Of a stretch of 64,000 bases of DNA, positions 61,953 to 64,000 are shown one piece after another. Each line of letters opens with the position of its first letter. Within the stretch, counting starts at the first letter, position 1. The notes under the pieces are model-generated. The model was not told the origin of the DNA. It was given only the letters and a program-made list of their open reading frames with translations, and ran no database searches. Origin of the DNA: Fistulifera solaris (taxonomy: Eukaryota); assembly GCA_030295235.1 (NCBI GenBank), contig AP026143.1, positions 558,001 through 622,000 on the forward strand. Reading direction: 5' to 3'. A program made the position numbers and the translations under genes.

Positions 61953-63521
61953 ATGAACCAGGAGGGCCCTCTGTTGGAGACAATTCCGCCCTCTCTTTGC
62001 AAGCCGGAGCAAGTGGCTCACTGGGAGAAGGGAGAAAAGTCACATACGTACCAGGTACAAGCTACTCAGAGATCCGATCAATCTGGAAGAGCTGAACAAG
62101 CTTGACCACGCAATAGCAATTTGGCGAGAAAACGAGACGCTCACGTATGTCGTACCCGATGATTTATATGCATATCCCGACTCTTAGGGAAAGCAACTAT
62201 TGATGGTGTCTTTCAACAAGGGCCCTCGCTTCCAAATCATGGGCGAGTCAGAGGATGCCGTTGCACAAACGGCGGCATACTTTATAAATGTGGAAGGGCC
62301 GACGGAAGAAAATCACGATCTTTTTATAAGAACTCGCCTCGGTGAATCCCAGTATCGCGACTTTGATTTTCGAGGAGCAGGCACTCAGTGTATAATACAT
62401 GCATTGGGTGTATCTCCTTCACGTTGCATTCGCTTTCAGGAAATTTTTTTGAGTGCCGAGCAATCGATCGTCCTGGCGACAAGGGCTCACCCGATACGCT
62501 TGAAGCTTGATTGGTGTCTGTTTGACGACAGAGGCACTGCTTTTGTGAATGCGCTCGCCAAGCGACAAACACCGTTTGGTTCGTTAAAATTTCAATACAA
62601 GCCGCCAATAGATGAAGGGAATCTAGAACGTCTTTTGCGAGTGGACGTGATCAATGAGTTAAAGTTATCTTTGCTGGGCGATGAAGTCGGAATGTTTCCA
62701 TTTTCTGCAAAAGTTGATCATCTCGACTATGATGTTTCCACGACATTGCTCATGAAAACGGATTTTCAATCTCAGAACATTGTGACCGATAAACTCACTG
62801 TCACAATCTACAATTCGAATTATAGTGAAAGCGACAATTTTCCAACTGAATCTGTGCTTAATTTCTTTCGGCGCGTGGCTGACTTGGGTCATTCTGTTGA
62901 GTTGAGCGTTGCAGTATGTCGTGTCAGTGGGGATGTCCCGAATTGTATCGTACATGAAATCATCCGCGCCGTCATTGCGAATCGCCGTCTACGAACTTTC
63001 GAGCTGTACGCCGGCGACGGTAATCTGGATTGGTCTCCTCATGCGAAGACAATTTTAGATGGTCTGAAAGACCACCAAGGCTTTTAACCTTCAAAACAGA
63101 TATCTTGGATGAAATCTAGGAATCTGATGGGTTTTCCTACATTCGGCAGTTGCTGTCACAGAACAGAAATATCACAGTAATGGATTTAAATGGAGAGATT
63201 TGTTCAGACGGGTCGTCGATTGATGCGCTATACTCCTTAAACCGGTTCTACCGAGGCTCGATGGATCTAGCGGTGAAGCCGTCATCGGAACGACCGTCAT
63301 TTGTAACAAGAGCTATAATGGAAACTGCATCGGGCGATTTTCAGCGCTCCGCTCTCTTGCTCTCAAATCACTCTGATGTTTTACATGAACTTGTTCAGTT
63401 CGCACAGTTAGGTGAACTTCAAGGAGATAACGCTTGTTCGGAATCGGTTCTAGACAGCAATTTGAAACGGAAAACAAGCGTTAAGTCACCAGCTGCGAAG
63501 AAAGCACGTCGAGCCTTTTAG
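61953..63521 (+). pseudogene. Unknown tandem family, paralogue 5, pseudogenised
   Basis: 7-bp insertion at 62051-62057, in-frame TAG at 62185 and 63117, frameshift near 63085. Confidence 0.85.
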
Positions 63522-64000
63522 CATGACGACGAACACCAGCCAACTCTATCGGGTGTCGAAACATTGTAGCATAATAATGCGTTGGCTGTTAGAGCTTGTT
63601 ATTTGGATAATCAATCATATTCTTCAATATAGCTCGCCAGTAACCCCGGTAATCCTATTCGTTCTAGTTTGACACAGTTTATGTAGATGCGGTTACTCCT
63701 GAGGATTGAAGGCTCGCTACAGATCTGAAGTTAGCGGAGTGCTTTCAAAAACTTCTTGTCAGAATCGAAATCTCATTTTGGAGGCTGGGGAACCAAAGAG
63801 CCAAATCCCTTCGGTGGACAGGCAGGTGCAATTGCGAGAGGAATTGAAAGTAGATCAAGATTCAAAGCCACACAGCTCGTAGACGCTAGTTTTTGGGAAC
63901 TTTCTGTGGCGGAAAATCAGTTCTTGCGGAACCCCTGTCTGAGACTGGGATAGAACGGCTGGGGTTTGAAGTGGATAAGTTTATTCTTCCCTTCGCTAAG

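Noticed and set aside
63756..64000. Possible gene at the right edge
   Set aside because: Short ORF with no motif, at the window edge

Overview
Gene-dense eukaryotic nuclear DNA, most likely a pennate diatom. This is inferred from short GT-AG introns, bipartite signal/plastid presequences, and DUF6824- and HA-domain proteins. The left ~52 kb holds mostly housekeeping genes: CBP20, INTS1, G6PD, PRODH, a MOV10/SDE3-like helicase, CtpA, PUS1, a cathepsin L-like protease, MATE, GET1 and others. The right ~12 kb is a tandem array of five intronless paralogues of an unknown ~500-aa family. Many genes are split by 1-nt indels, mostly in homopolymer runs, which points to an unpolished assembly. Non-obvious structure: (1) the 9-mer TACCWGGTA is strongly over-represented, and it and the related TACGGAGTA each demonstrably arise by a 7-bp insertion at a TA, one of which broke a gene; (2) a 1.2-kb non-autonomous TIR element with an 8-bp TSD sits in a palindromic target; (3) a non-autonomous Helitron-like element; (4) three dispersed satellite arrays share a palindromic TCCAGAAWTTCTGGA core; (5) a head-to-head inverted pair of secreted His/Met-rich cupredoxin-motif + DUF305 genes, only one with a membrane-anchor-like tail; (6) a TPR-prefoldin fusion. 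All calls come from reading the sequence by eye; no database searches were run.
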